Part shown: positions 30,294 through 39,134 of the stretch, piece by piece
Layout: the number at the start of each line of letters is the position of its first letter
How positions within the stretch are numbered: position 1 is the stretch's first letter
Assembly: GCA_963727775.1 (NCBI GenBank)
Contig: CAVSHB010000001.1
Span: forward strand, 1,344,001-1,408,000
Direction: 5' to 3'
DNA from: an uncultured Nitrospiraceae bacterium
GTDB taxonomy: Bacteria; Nitrospirota; Thermodesulfovibrionia; Thermodesulfovibrionales; SM23-35
Length of the DNA stretch: 64,000 nucleotides
Made by a program: the position numbers and the translations under genes
Notes under the pieces: model-generated
Database searches by the model: none
What the model saw: only the letters and a program-made list of their open reading frames with translations
What the model was told of the DNA's origin: nothing

Positions 30294-31229
30294 TCAGCGA
30301 AAAATCGGCCCTCCTATACCCTTGGGGAAAAGGTCATCTATATACAAATGAATCAGGCCGAGAATGCCGACGTTTTTCCCTGAATTCGAGTTGATCGGGA
30401 TTTCCGCGGCGACACCAAACTCCATGAACTTGCCGCACCAGACGATTCCCGGATTAACCGTTCCAGTCGTCTGTCCTTTACCATCCTGTGATAGGTTTGT
30501 CTGCATGGGGAATTCGGTCACAATGATCATACGGTTAAACGGAACGCCGAGTCCGATATCTTTCACGAACGATTGGAGGTATATCAGACTGTATTGAAGG
30601 GTGAAGGCCCAGTTAAAGACGGTTGGATTGCGTTCTATACCTGTGTCCGTGACATTCTTGCTCCGCGTGGGGAAGCTCGTTCCGATAACTCCAGTGATTG
30701 CGAAAGGCCTTAGGAAATTGACCGATTCGGGCAGGTCACCCAATCCCTTTCCAAAGAAGATGGCCGGGGTAATGGTTGAAAAAGAATCCGATACCTGGTG
30801 CGCTCCCGTTCCGCCAATATCGATATCCGTGCCTATCGAGAGGATCAGTTCGTGAGGCTCGTTCGTAAGGAACTGCCATTTCGCGCCAACGCCAAGATTA
30901 TCCCAGCCGTTTGCTGAACTGCCGTCGTCTGCCCGATTGTGCAGGTACGCTTCATGAAATTCGAGCCCGAAGTTAGGAACAATACGTTTGGAATAGTCGA
31001 TATCTATTTCCGTGGTCTTTGCATCGGTTCCCTTCACGCGGTTAATCAGGATCGAAAACTCATCGGAAATAAACGGGTCATCAACCTGAAATGTGGTAGG
31101 GAAAAACCTCTTACCGGCAAACCCGTGGGCAAATGAAGATACCGGCGTCAGCAGAATTAACGATATGCTGAGACCGACGGAAAGCCACAACCATGCTGCA
31201 GATATGCTGCGAGATAAAGCTTCGCTCAT
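30294..31229 (-). CDS. Putative outer-membrane protein upstream of copCD
   Basis: Signal peptide ending FA-HGFAGKRFFP; alternating beta-strand pattern; GGAGG RBS. Confidence 0.7.
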   Translation of the reverse strand: MSEALSRSISAAWLWLSVGLSISLILLTPVSSFAHGFAGKRFFPTTFQVDDPFISDEFSILINRVKGTDAKTTEIDIDYSKRIVPNFGLEFHEAYLHNRADDGSSANGWDNLGVGAKWQFLTNEPHELILSIGTDIDIGGTGAHQVSDSFSTITPAIFFGKGLGDLPESVNFLRPFAITGVIGTSFPTRSKNVTDTGIERNPTVFNWAFTLQYSLIYLQSFVKDIGLGVPFNRMIIVTEFPMQTNLSQDGKGQTTGTVNPGIVWCGKFMEFGVAAEIPINSNSGKNVGILGLIHLYIDDLFPKGIGGPIFR

Positions 31230-31703
31230 TGTCCCCTCCTTGTCAACTCAATTCTATTTATTACTTTCCAACTCATTAATCAAATAGTATCAGTGAACCA
31301 TAACACTGTCAATCAGGCGAATGTAAGCTAACCACACAGACCTACTAAATCTCCGGAAGTACTCTGCAATACTCCGCACTTTACACGAAATGTCCGGGGT
31401 GTTCTGTATTGTTTGCTTCAAATATGATTCTGCATCCCGGCAAGACGAGGGCATCCTCTGGATGTAGCCAGACTACCCACAATTCAGGGCGTACTCCTCA
31501 GTTATGAAAAAACGATGATGGTATCAAGTACTGAGGAACGAACAACTCTTTGAGTCGTCGTTTCTAATTTTATTATGGGTGAGACATTGAAAGAATAAGG
31601 TTTCGATGAGAATTATAGAATGCTCTATAAAATTGTGACACATCGCGGAAAGCTGCTACACTGTAAACAGAACATCAGCATTCTCTCAGGGAGGATGACC
31701 GTT

Positions 31704-32510
31704 ATGACACGAAAGGTAAAAAAGGTGTGGAAGAGCAGGCCGACAATTGAAGGGGCTGGCGTCCATCTCGGTAATCAGGCCAGACAGACTATAATCATGT
31801 TTTGTAGCTTTATTTTCGCGGTCAGTCTTCTTTTCCTTCTAAGCGGAATATCCACCGCCGATGCCAGTGAAAGCGCCGCCTCAGAGTCCCTTGATTATTA
31901 CCGGAATCTCGCTAATCAGGGGGATGTAAACGCCCAATTGAGACTCGGCGGGATGTACCTGTCAGGTAAGGAAAAGGATTTCAAAGAAGCGGCTAAGTGG
32001 TATAAAAAGGCAGCGGAACAGGGAAACGCTGACGCCCAGACCGTCTTAGGAGGATTGTACCTTGAGGGTTTGGGTGTAGAGAAGGACCCTGCGGTAGCAA
32101 TGAGGTGGTTTGAAAAAGCCGCGTTTCAGGGCAGTGAACTGGCGCAATACAACCTGGGCAATATGTATTTGCTTGGACGTGGTACGCCGATTAATTATGA
32201 AAAGGCGAAGACGCTTTTCAAGGCGGCGGCGGAAAAAGGACACGCCTGGTCCCAGTTCAATCTCGCCGGAGGCTATTATGAGGGGCGAGGAGTGCCAAAG
32301 GATTTTGATAAGGCGGCCAGATGGTGCCGGAAGGCCGCGGAAAATGGTGACGTCCAGGCGCAGTATCAGTTGGGGATGATGTACATTTTGGGACATGGTG
32401 TTGCCAAGGATGCGGTCGAGGCCGTGAAGTGGATCCGCATGGCAGCGGAAAAGGGATTTGAGCCTGCCAGGCGCTATTTGAAAGACCAGAACCCAAAAGA
32501 CAACCAGTGA
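31704..32510 (+). CDS. Sel1-like repeat protein with a pirin-derived N-terminal fragment
   Basis: Repeats of the form AA.QG...AQ..LG.MY..G.GV..D; the first 22 codons resemble a pirin N-terminus. Confidence 0.82.
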   Translation: MTRKVKKVWKSRPTIEGAGVHLGNQARQTIIMFCSFIFAVSLLFLLSGISTADASESAASESLDYYRNLANQGDVNAQLRLGGMYLSGKEKDFKEAAKWYKKAAEQGNADAQTVLGGLYLEGLGVEKDPAVAMRWFEKAAFQGSELAQYNLGNMYLLGRGTPINYEKAKTLFKAAAEKGHAWSQFNLAGGYYEGRGVPKDFDKAARWCRKAAENGDVQAQYQLGMMYILGHGVAKDAVEAVKWIRMAAEKGFEPARRYLKDQNPKDNQ

Positions 32511-32829
32511 AGCTTGAAGTATTAAGAAGCCACGGCAGCCTCGGGTCATCTGATTATCAGGACGAAGCTACTGCCTTTGATGTAATATGCGCAGCGGCGA
32601 CGGCATGCAGTGAATTATCGGGTGTTTAAGGATCGATAACTTTGTACATTGATATAGCTATTACCGTTTATACTGTGTCTGAAGTGTGTCTGAATCATGC
32701 AAGTCACCGGGATCATCTCTTTTTCTTCGCCCGGTGCAACACTTTGTTTAATTCGCTTTCTGTAAACAGAATTTTCCCGCCGAGTTTTAAAGACTTTAAC
32801 AGACCGGTGGTAGGCTTCCAATGTGAAAC

Positions 32830-33438
32830 TCATCTGGAGTTAGATACGCATTTAGTCCCGTCAAAGCACCTCTTGGGACCGCAGTCACATACCGTCACCT
32901 GATGGCTGCTGGCGGGCGAGCATCCGCAACCCCCAATCGAGCAGGTGTTTTGGAAATCGCCCACAGAGGCACAGCATAATTTTGTTCCGACAGTTCCCCC
33001 GGAATGTACGCAGGTGAATTCCTTATTATTCAGGTCAAAAACCAACGTGGCAGAGGGGAAAGCAGGTGTTTCAAACCTGCTGCACGTTCCATGGATTGTC
33101 CTGTTGACTTGGCCGGAGATATCTGCTTCGAATGTGCTGGCGCTGCCGGTGATGCGCACAAACTTCTCATCCACTACCCCGTTGACGTTGAAAGGAACGT
33201 CGCCGTCGCCGAATAGCATAGTCCCGGAAAATGTACGGCCCTGCTGCGCCAGAACGTCAAGGCGCGCGCTGATCCTGTCAAATCCGGCACCGGTTGCTAT
33301 TTCTGCGGTACCATCCCATCTTCCAAGGAGGTCGATGGTCTTGGCAGTTGCCATGTTCGCCTCCAGTCCGAGAAACATTAAAACCAAAACCAGCAGAGTG
33401 TAAGTAACAGGCATACGTTTTCTCTTTTCACTTAGCAT
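32830..33438 (-). CDS. Hypothetical exported protein with a 10-Cys C-terminal domain
   Basis: Signal peptide; C-terminus CVHSGG...CC...C..GGCGCSP...CDC...CF...C. Confidence 0.65.
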   Translation of the reverse strand: MLSEKRKRMPVTYTLLVLVLMFLGLEANMATAKTIDLLGRWDGTAEIATGAGFDRISARLDVLAQQGRTFSGTMLFGDGDVPFNVNGVVDEKFVRITGSASTFEADISGQVNRTIHGTCSRFETPAFPSATLVFDLNNKEFTCVHSGGTVGTKLCCASVGDFQNTCSIGGCGCSPASSHQVTVCDCGPKRCFDGTKCVSNSR

Positions 33439-33544
33439 AGAATAGTTTGAATATAGCAGACACCATTGCTTCTGTCAACGCAGCTAATTAAGGCTGTTAA
33501 GGCTAATTAAGGTGCGGGTTATTACATTACCAATAGGGGCAATA

Positions 33545-33567
33545 AGGCGGGTTGAAAGACCCGCCTC
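33545..33567. terminator. Hairpin downstream of the Cys-rich gene
   Basis: aggcgggt-tgaaag-acccgcct. Confidence 0.55.
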
Positions 33568-33592
33568 TGTCAAAAAGATTTTTAAAAAAATA

Positions 33593-33973
33593 TTATTGAG
33601 CGACTTTTTTCATTTCCTTCCCGCATGTACACTTGCCGGGCTTCTGGCTGATTGTGTCACACTTGCAATTCGGACAACCGCAGGCATACTTGCCGGTGGT
33701 CTTAAAGACCCTTTCCTTTTTCCATCCTTCAGCCATTAAGTATGCTTTGCCTTCTTCAACCTTTGTCACTTTTGCCTTGACCATGTCTTTGCCGCATGTA
33801 CATTTGCCCGGGTTCTTTGACATCGTGTTGCACGGACATTCTTCCCCGCAATTGCATGCATAGATTTGGTCACCGACCTTGAGGTCCATTTTACCCTTTG
33901 GTCCTGCAAAGGCAGGTATGGCGAACGCCATCGCCAAAACAATAATAAATGTTGTTAAAAATAGCTTTTTCAT
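33593..33973 (-). CDS. Exported Cys-rich protein with two heavy-metal-binding-like repeats
   Basis: Signal peptide; two copies of YAC.C...C.C.T.S..PGKCTCGK.M; GGAGG RBS. Confidence 0.8.
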   Translation of the reverse strand: MKKLFLTTFIIVLAMAFAIPAFAGPKGKMDLKVGDQIYACNCGEECPCNTMSKNPGKCTCGKDMVKAKVTKVEEGKAYLMAEGWKKERVFKTTGKYACGCPNCKCDTISQKPGKCTCGKEMKKVAQ

Positions 33974-34063
33974 TATTTCACCTCCTCTTTAAAAAAAATT
34001 AGAGAATATATCTTCAAAAATAATCTACCATTGTGCGGTGTGAAAGATAAAGCATTTTATCTG

Positions 34064-34226
34064 CCCCGATTATTCATGACTCGTGACGCAGCAGAGCAGA
34101 TGCAGTATCATCACTCATTCTCGGCCCGCTTCTGCGGCCCTCCGAGGAATCCCGATAAAATCGGGATAAAGCCGCTCCGATACAACATCTGCTCTGATTG
34201 ATCAAATAATTTATGAATAATACGGG
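34064..34226. mobile_element. MITE-like element with IS1380-type ends
   Basis: Ends ccccgattattcatga / ttatgaataatacggg; internal inverted repeat cagagcagatg / catctgctctg; non-coding. Confidence 0.65.
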
Positions 34227-34230
34227 CTAA

Positions 34231-34423
34231 TCTGAATATTCATAAACGAGGTAGGCACAGGCGAAAGTCAATAGCATGATTCTTGAAGGCGGATGTAGTA
34301 TTTGAGCGGCTTTAAATTCTTTCGCAGAAAGAATTTACCTCGGAGGCTCGATGTATATCAAGCCGAGAATGAGCGAAAATACTATATCCGCCATAGGATT
34401 AGAAATTTATGAATTATGATAGG
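34231..34423. mobile_element. Second MITE-like element with IS1380-type ends
   Basis: Ends tctgaatattcataaa / tttatgaattatgatagg; internal inverted repeat ggcggatgtagtattt / aaatactatatccgcc. Confidence 0.55.
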
Positions 34424-34470
34424 TAAATTGAACCTCAGTCGCAACTTATGGTACATTCTTAGCAGCAATA

Positions 34471-35238
34471 ATGATATGCCCTAAGTGTAATTATGACCAG
34501 CCTGACGGCGGCATTGAATGTGTAAAATGCGGTATTGTCTTTGAAAAATATCTGTCGGTAAGAAAGCGGGAACTTGCTAATTCCGCGAATATTTCTCAGT
34601 TCAATAAAAAAGCAGATGAAGAATCGACCGGAACAGGCGCGTATCTAAAAAATCTGCTTTTTTATGTTAAGCCCGAACCCAATATTTTCTATTTGATCGG
34701 CAGGGTATTTGTGCTGTTAGTAATTATTGCCTGGGGCCTGAAATTTATTTTCTCTTCAATAGACAGCAATTATTCCGGGGCCAGTTTCATGCACCTTATC
34801 AATCTTCCTTTTCATGAGGCAGGCCATATATTATTCCGTATCTTCGGTCAATTCATGATGACATTGGGCGGGAGCCTGACACAGTTATTGGTGCCTTCGA
34901 TATGTCTTATGGCCTTTCTTATGAGGACAAAAGACCCGTTCGCGGCTTCAATTTCGTTATGGTGGGTAGGGGAGAACCTGATAGACCTGGCGCCGTATAT
35001 CAACGATGCAAGAGAGCTTAAGCTGATGCTGTTAGGTGGTGTAACCGGTCGGGATGTGGATGACTATCACGATTGGGAATTTATCCTGCGTAACCTGGGA
35101 TTGCTTGAATATGACCACCTGCTCGCTAAAGCCGCCCATGTGACAGGGGCGGTACTGATGATATGCGCATTTATTTGGGGAGGATTCATTTTGGTAAAGC
35201 AATATAAAACCCGTCATTCAGAGCAGGAAGTAAAATAA
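34471..35238 (+). CDS. Zinc-ribbon membrane protein with HExxH (M50-like peptidase)
   Basis: CPKC...CVKCG, FHEAGH, HDW and several TM segments. Confidence 0.75.
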   Translation: MICPKCNYDQPDGGIECVKCGIVFEKYLSVRKRELANSANISQFNKKADEESTGTGAYLKNLLFYVKPEPNIFYLIGRVFVLLVIIAWGLKFIFSSIDSNYSGASFMHLINLPFHEAGHILFRIFGQFMMTLGGSLTQLLVPSICLMAFLMRTKDPFAASISLWWVGENLIDLAPYINDARELKLMLLGGVTGRDVDDYHDWEFILRNLGLLEYDHLLAKAAHVTGAVLMICAFIWGGFILVKQYKTRHSEQEVK

Positions 35239-35287
35239 CAGATTAGATTGATGCAAAAATGATATTTTGAGAGTATAATGTTTATCG

Positions 35288-35593
35288 ATGAATAACGAAG
35301 ATAAACAGGAAAAAAGAGGATCTGAAAGGATCCCTTTCAGAGAGGACATCCTGGTAGACGGTATAAGCGCGTGCACGAGTATGGACATAAGCGAAGGCGG
35401 GCTTTACATTTCTACAATTCAAACTCCTGAGGAAAACAACGTGATTAATGTGATCATCCCTTTTAAGGGGAAGAAGTTAAAGTTTAAAGCTCAAGTCCGA
35501 TATTGTGAACCGGGAATCGGAATGGGCATTATGTTTATAGATTTGGATGACGGGCAAAAAAAAATAATCAAGGAACTACTGAAAAAGGCATAA
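35288..35593 (+). CDS. PilZ domain protein
   Basis: EKRGSERI (RxxxR), DISEGG (DxSxxG) and GMGIMF. Confidence 0.85.
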   Translation: MNNEDKQEKRGSERIPFREDILVDGISACTSMDISEGGLYISTIQTPEENNVINVIIPFKGKKLKFKAQVRYCEPGIGMGIMFIDLDDGQKKIIKELLKKA

Positions 35594-35598
35594 AAACC

Positions 35599-36699
35599 AT
35601 GGGCAACGTTATCGAGGTGTTCAAGAAAGTCCTGACCCGGTGCGTTCAGATTAAGGCTTCCGACCTCCATCTTTGCGTAGGATTTGCCTGGAAATATCGG
35701 ATACACGGCCATATTACCGCTCTGAATATCAAACCCTTAGAAATGTCGGAATGCGATGCTATTGTCGAACATATACTCCTGAGCTCAAAGATTTTCGGCG
35801 CTGATGAGATTGAGCAGTCAATGAAGGACCTGCATGACATAGACTGCGCCTATGACCTCCCGGGTGTTTCCCGATTTCGTGTAAATATCTGCCGCCAGAA
35901 GGGATCTTATTCTGTGGTCCTGCGCGTCGTCCCGATCACTATTCCCTCAATAAATGATCTCGGTCTGCCAAAGGTCATTAAAGACATTTCCCTCGAAGAA
36001 AGAGGGCTGATTCTTGTGACCGGCGTTACCGGGAGCGGAAAGTCTACGACACTGGCGGCGATGATAAATTTGATCAACCGGACTAAACCATGTAAGATTG
36101 TTACTATCGAAGACCCCATCGAATACATGCACGAAGAGGTGAAGGCTTCGATTATTCAGAGGGAAGTCGGTCGTGATACAGAAAGCTTTTCGAGCGCGCT
36201 CCGGGCGGCGCTGAGGCAGGATCCGGACGTTATTCTGGTAGGTGAGATGCGCGATACAGTCACTATCGAGACTGCGCTGAAGGCGGCAGAAACGGGGCAT
36301 TTGGTCTTGTCGACGTTGCATACAATGGATGCGCCGAAAACTATTCTCAGGATCATAAGCGCCTTTGAATTAAGTCAACAAAAGGCAGTAAGGCTGAGGC
36401 TGGCGGAAGTACTGAGGGCCGTCATCTCCCAACGGCTGCTGCAACGGAAAGACAAAGAGGGAAGGGTAGCCGTACTGGAAGTCATGAGAAACACCTTAAC
36501 GATAAAAGACTGCATTGAAAATCCCGAAAAAACAAGTTTAATAAAAGATTATATGTCGTCCGGCGGCGACCAATATGGTATGCAGACCTTTGACCAACAT
36601 CTTGTGGAACTGTACAGACGCGGTAAAATAGAATATGATATGGCCAAGTCAGCCGCAACGAGCCCTTCCGATTTTGAACTGACAGTGAATCTCGACTAA
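35599..36699 (+). CDS. pilT: PilT/PilU family twitching motility ATPase
   Basis: ASDLH, GVTGSGKSTT, TIEDPIE, LRQDPDVILVGEMRD, AETGHLV.STLHT and GMQTFD motifs. Confidence 0.92.
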   Translation: MGNVIEVFKKVLTRCVQIKASDLHLCVGFAWKYRIHGHITALNIKPLEMSECDAIVEHILLSSKIFGADEIEQSMKDLHDIDCAYDLPGVSRFRVNICRQKGSYSVVLRVVPITIPSINDLGLPKVIKDISLEERGLILVTGVTGSGKSTTLAAMINLINRTKPCKIVTIEDPIEYMHEEVKASIIQREVGRDTESFSSALRAALRQDPDVILVGEMRDTVTIETALKAAETGHLVLSTLHTMDAPKTILRIISAFELSQQKAVRLRLAEVLRAVISQRLLQRKDKEGRVAVLEVMRNTLTIKDCIENPEKTSLIKDYMSSGGDQYGMQTFDQHLVELYRRGKIEYDMAKSAATSPSDFELTVNLD

Positions 36700-36760
36700 A
36701 TCTGCTATAATGGTAATGGGTATAAGCAGGAATAAATGACAATATGTATAAGGACATTCA

Positions 36761-37153
36761 ATGAAAAATAGCATTGTTTTATCCTCTACAATTATGGCTG
36801 TTGCAATAAGTGTGCTGTTCGGTTGCAGCGGATATAAAGAGATGAAGCAGGTCAGGAATATGTCAATTAAAGAAATCGACCTTTCTACCGTTTCTGCAGG
36901 CAAATACAGAGGTGACTTTAGTTACGGCGGTTTTACCTACGAGGTTGAGGTATCAATAAAAGGGCACAGAATCGATAATATTACAATTTTAAAAAACAGA
37001 GACAGCATTTATGCGAAAGAAGCTGAAACAGTAATTGATAGAGTGTTATATTCTCAGTCTTTAAATGTCGACGCTGTCAGCGGCGCCACAACAACCAGCA
37101 AAGCTTTGCTAAAGGCTGTTGAAGGCGCGTTATCTAAGGCAGTCTCAAAATAG
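36761..37153 (+). CDS. FMN-binding domain lipoprotein
   Basis: VDAVSGATTTS flavinylation motif; lipobox-like LFGC. Confidence 0.85.
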   Translation: MKNSIVLSSTIMAVAISVLFGCSGYKEMKQVRNMSIKEIDLSTVSAGKYRGDFSYGGFTYEVEVSIKGHRIDNITILKNRDSIYAKEAETVIDRVLYSQSLNVDAVSGATTTSKALLKAVEGALSKAVSK

Positions 37154-37235
37154 AATCAATATATTGCAGATGTCCATCGGTCTGCATCGTCTCATGTTTT
37201 TCCCCTGTTTCTAAAACGGTGGGGTACGATATTTC

Positions 37236-37724
37236 ATGGAAAAACTATCTCATTTTGATAAACAGGGCAGAGCGAAAATGGTCGACATCAGCAATAAACC
37301 TATGACCGTGAGGGAGGCCATTGCCAAAGGCTCTGTTTATATGAAACCCGAAACAATGAGGCTCATCGAGGATAAAAAAATACCTAAGGGCGATGTGTTT
37401 TGTGTTTCGAGGATAGCAGGTGTAATGGCTGCAAAATATGTCGGCAGCCTGATTCCGATGTGTCATGCTTTGAATGTCGCATCCATAAATATAGACTTCG
37501 ATCTTGACAGAGAAAAAAATAAGATCGATATCCGGGCACAAGCGAAGATCACAGGGCAGACGGGTGTTGAGATGGAGGCGTTGACCGCGGTATCCGTAGC
37601 CGCTTTGACTGTTTATGATATGTGCAAGTCTGTTGATAAGGAAATGATCATTTCGGATATAATGCTTGTTGAAAAGCGGGGCGGGAAAAGCGGGGTCTTC
37701 AAGAGAAAACAGATGTTATCTTGA
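37236..37724 (+). CDS. moaC: Cyclic pyranopterin monophosphate synthase
   Basis: MVDIS.K, LIPMCH, TGVEMEALT and YDMCKS motifs. Confidence 0.96.
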   Translation: MEKLSHFDKQGRAKMVDISNKPMTVREAIAKGSVYMKPETMRLIEDKKIPKGDVFCVSRIAGVMAAKYVGSLIPMCHALNVASINIDFDLDREKNKIDIRAQAKITGQTGVEMEALTAVSVAALTVYDMCKSVDKEMIISDIMLVEKRGGKSGVFKRKQMLS

Positions 37725-39134
37725 TTTTTCGAGTCCCTTTCTTGCCTTCATATTTCCCGGATCGAATTTCAGCGCATTTTGAAACTGCTCATTCGCCTTT
37801 TTCTTCAATCCTTCTTTGAGATAAACCATGCCGAGATTGACATAATGGTCCGCATTTTTCGGTTCCAGTTTTATGGCGGCAAACAATGCTTTTTCAGCGT
37901 CTATTGTACCATTCGGAATCTTGGACAACGCCAAAGAGAGGTAGCTCCAATATCTTGCGTTATCCGGGTTAAGTCCGGTTGCCGATCTGAAAGAGTCAAC
38001 AGACAACAAATAGTCGCCTTTCTTGAACAACTCAATCCCGCGTTTAAAATGCTCTTCTGCTCCGTCCGAAGCCGGGGCTCCGGTATTCTGCGCGAAAATT
38101 TTGACCTTAGAATCGAAACTGTCTCTGAGCATTGAATAGGCGTGTGTTAATGCGTCGAAGATCGAAGTGAGCTTGTCTTTTATTGCAGGGTCAGCAGAAC
38201 TGAAATATCTGTCGGGATGAAATTCCCTTGTGAGTCTGTAGTAATTTTTCTTAATTGTTTCTTCGTCATAATGTTCATTAACCTCAAGGAGTTCATCCGC
38301 GCTCACTGTATCGAGGTTTGCGTATATCTCATCTACTTTCCTTCTGAAAGCGTCTTCATCTTCAGAAACCGGTTGCAATATGTCTTCAAGAGAAACCATC
38401 TCCTCCGTTTCGAACGCCGTCTCTTTTTCTTCGATTACACCTATAGACCATAATGCATACAAGATCTTCATTCCCTCAAATGAGCCTATCCAGGAACTTT
38501 CGATAATCTCTTTGATTGTTTTTTTGCCGTCAATAATTGAAAGCATTTTTCTGTCCTGTGTCCCGAGTTCTATATCCTGGAACAGTATTACAGGGTCGGA
38601 ACTCAGTTTGAGTACTGTGTCGGCAACCGGCATTTCATTTCTGATCCTCGTCCAGTTGTCTATTCTTTTCACTCCGTCGTATATAAGGTTACCCATGCTC
38701 ATCTTCAACGTAATTATTTCATCGGAAGGGATATCTCCCTCAATGAATTCATAGTCGGCGTCTTCGAGCAGAAAAAGGCTGTAGATGATCTCTTTAACCT
38801 GGTATTTTACGCCCCAGAAGAGGTCTTTTGGCGTAATATATCCGAGTTCAACAAGGATCGCGCCGAGTCTTTTCCCTTTTTTCTTCAGTATCTCAACTGA
38901 TTTATCGTATTGCTCCATAGTGATTTTTTCGGCCTTAATGAGCATCTCTCCCAGTCTGTCGTCTTCAAATGTTGATGAGGAAAATATAACGTCGCCTTTC
39001 GACAGGTATGCCTTTTTAGTGAATGCCGGAGTTTTTACGATCAGTGTACCGGTCTTTCTGTTTCTGTTGAGATAGACGAGTATTCTCGTTAGGCTGGTAT
39101 TTTTGATATTTCCCTGGAGCGGCGCTTTTATCAT
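37716..39134 (-). CDS. DUF4388-like plus J-domain plus TPR protein
   Basis: N-terminal KTGTL...DRLGEML; J-domain YYRL..EFHPD; C-terminal TPRs. Confidence 0.8.
   Translation of the reverse strand: MIKAPLQGNIKNTSLTRILVYLNRNRKTGTLIVKTPAFTKKAYLSKGDVIFSSSTFEDDRLGEMLIKAEKITMEQYDKSVEILKKKGKRLGAILVELGYITPKDLFWGVKYQVKEIIYSLFLLEDADYEFIEGDIPSDEIITLKMSMGNLIYDGVKRIDNWTRIRNEMPVADTVLKLSSDPVILFQDIELGTQDRKMLSIIDGKKTIKEIIESSWIGSFEGMKILYALWSIGVIEEKETAFETEEMVSLEDILQPVSEDEDAFRRKVDEIYANLDTVSADELLEVNEHYDEETIKKNYYRLTREFHPDRYFSSADPAIKDKLTSIFDALTHAYSMLRDSFDSKVKIFAQNTGAPASDGAEEHFKRGIELFKKGDYLLSVDSFRSATGLNPDNARYWSYLSLALSKIPNGTIDAEKALFAAIKLEPKNADHYVNLGMVYLKEGLKKKANEQFQNALKFDPGNMKARKGLEKSR

Noticed and set aside
31240..31620. 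Possible small ORF or RAPP-type leader upstream of the cop cluster
   Set aside because: Only a ~33-codon minus-strand ORF without metal or arrest motifs; insufficient support.
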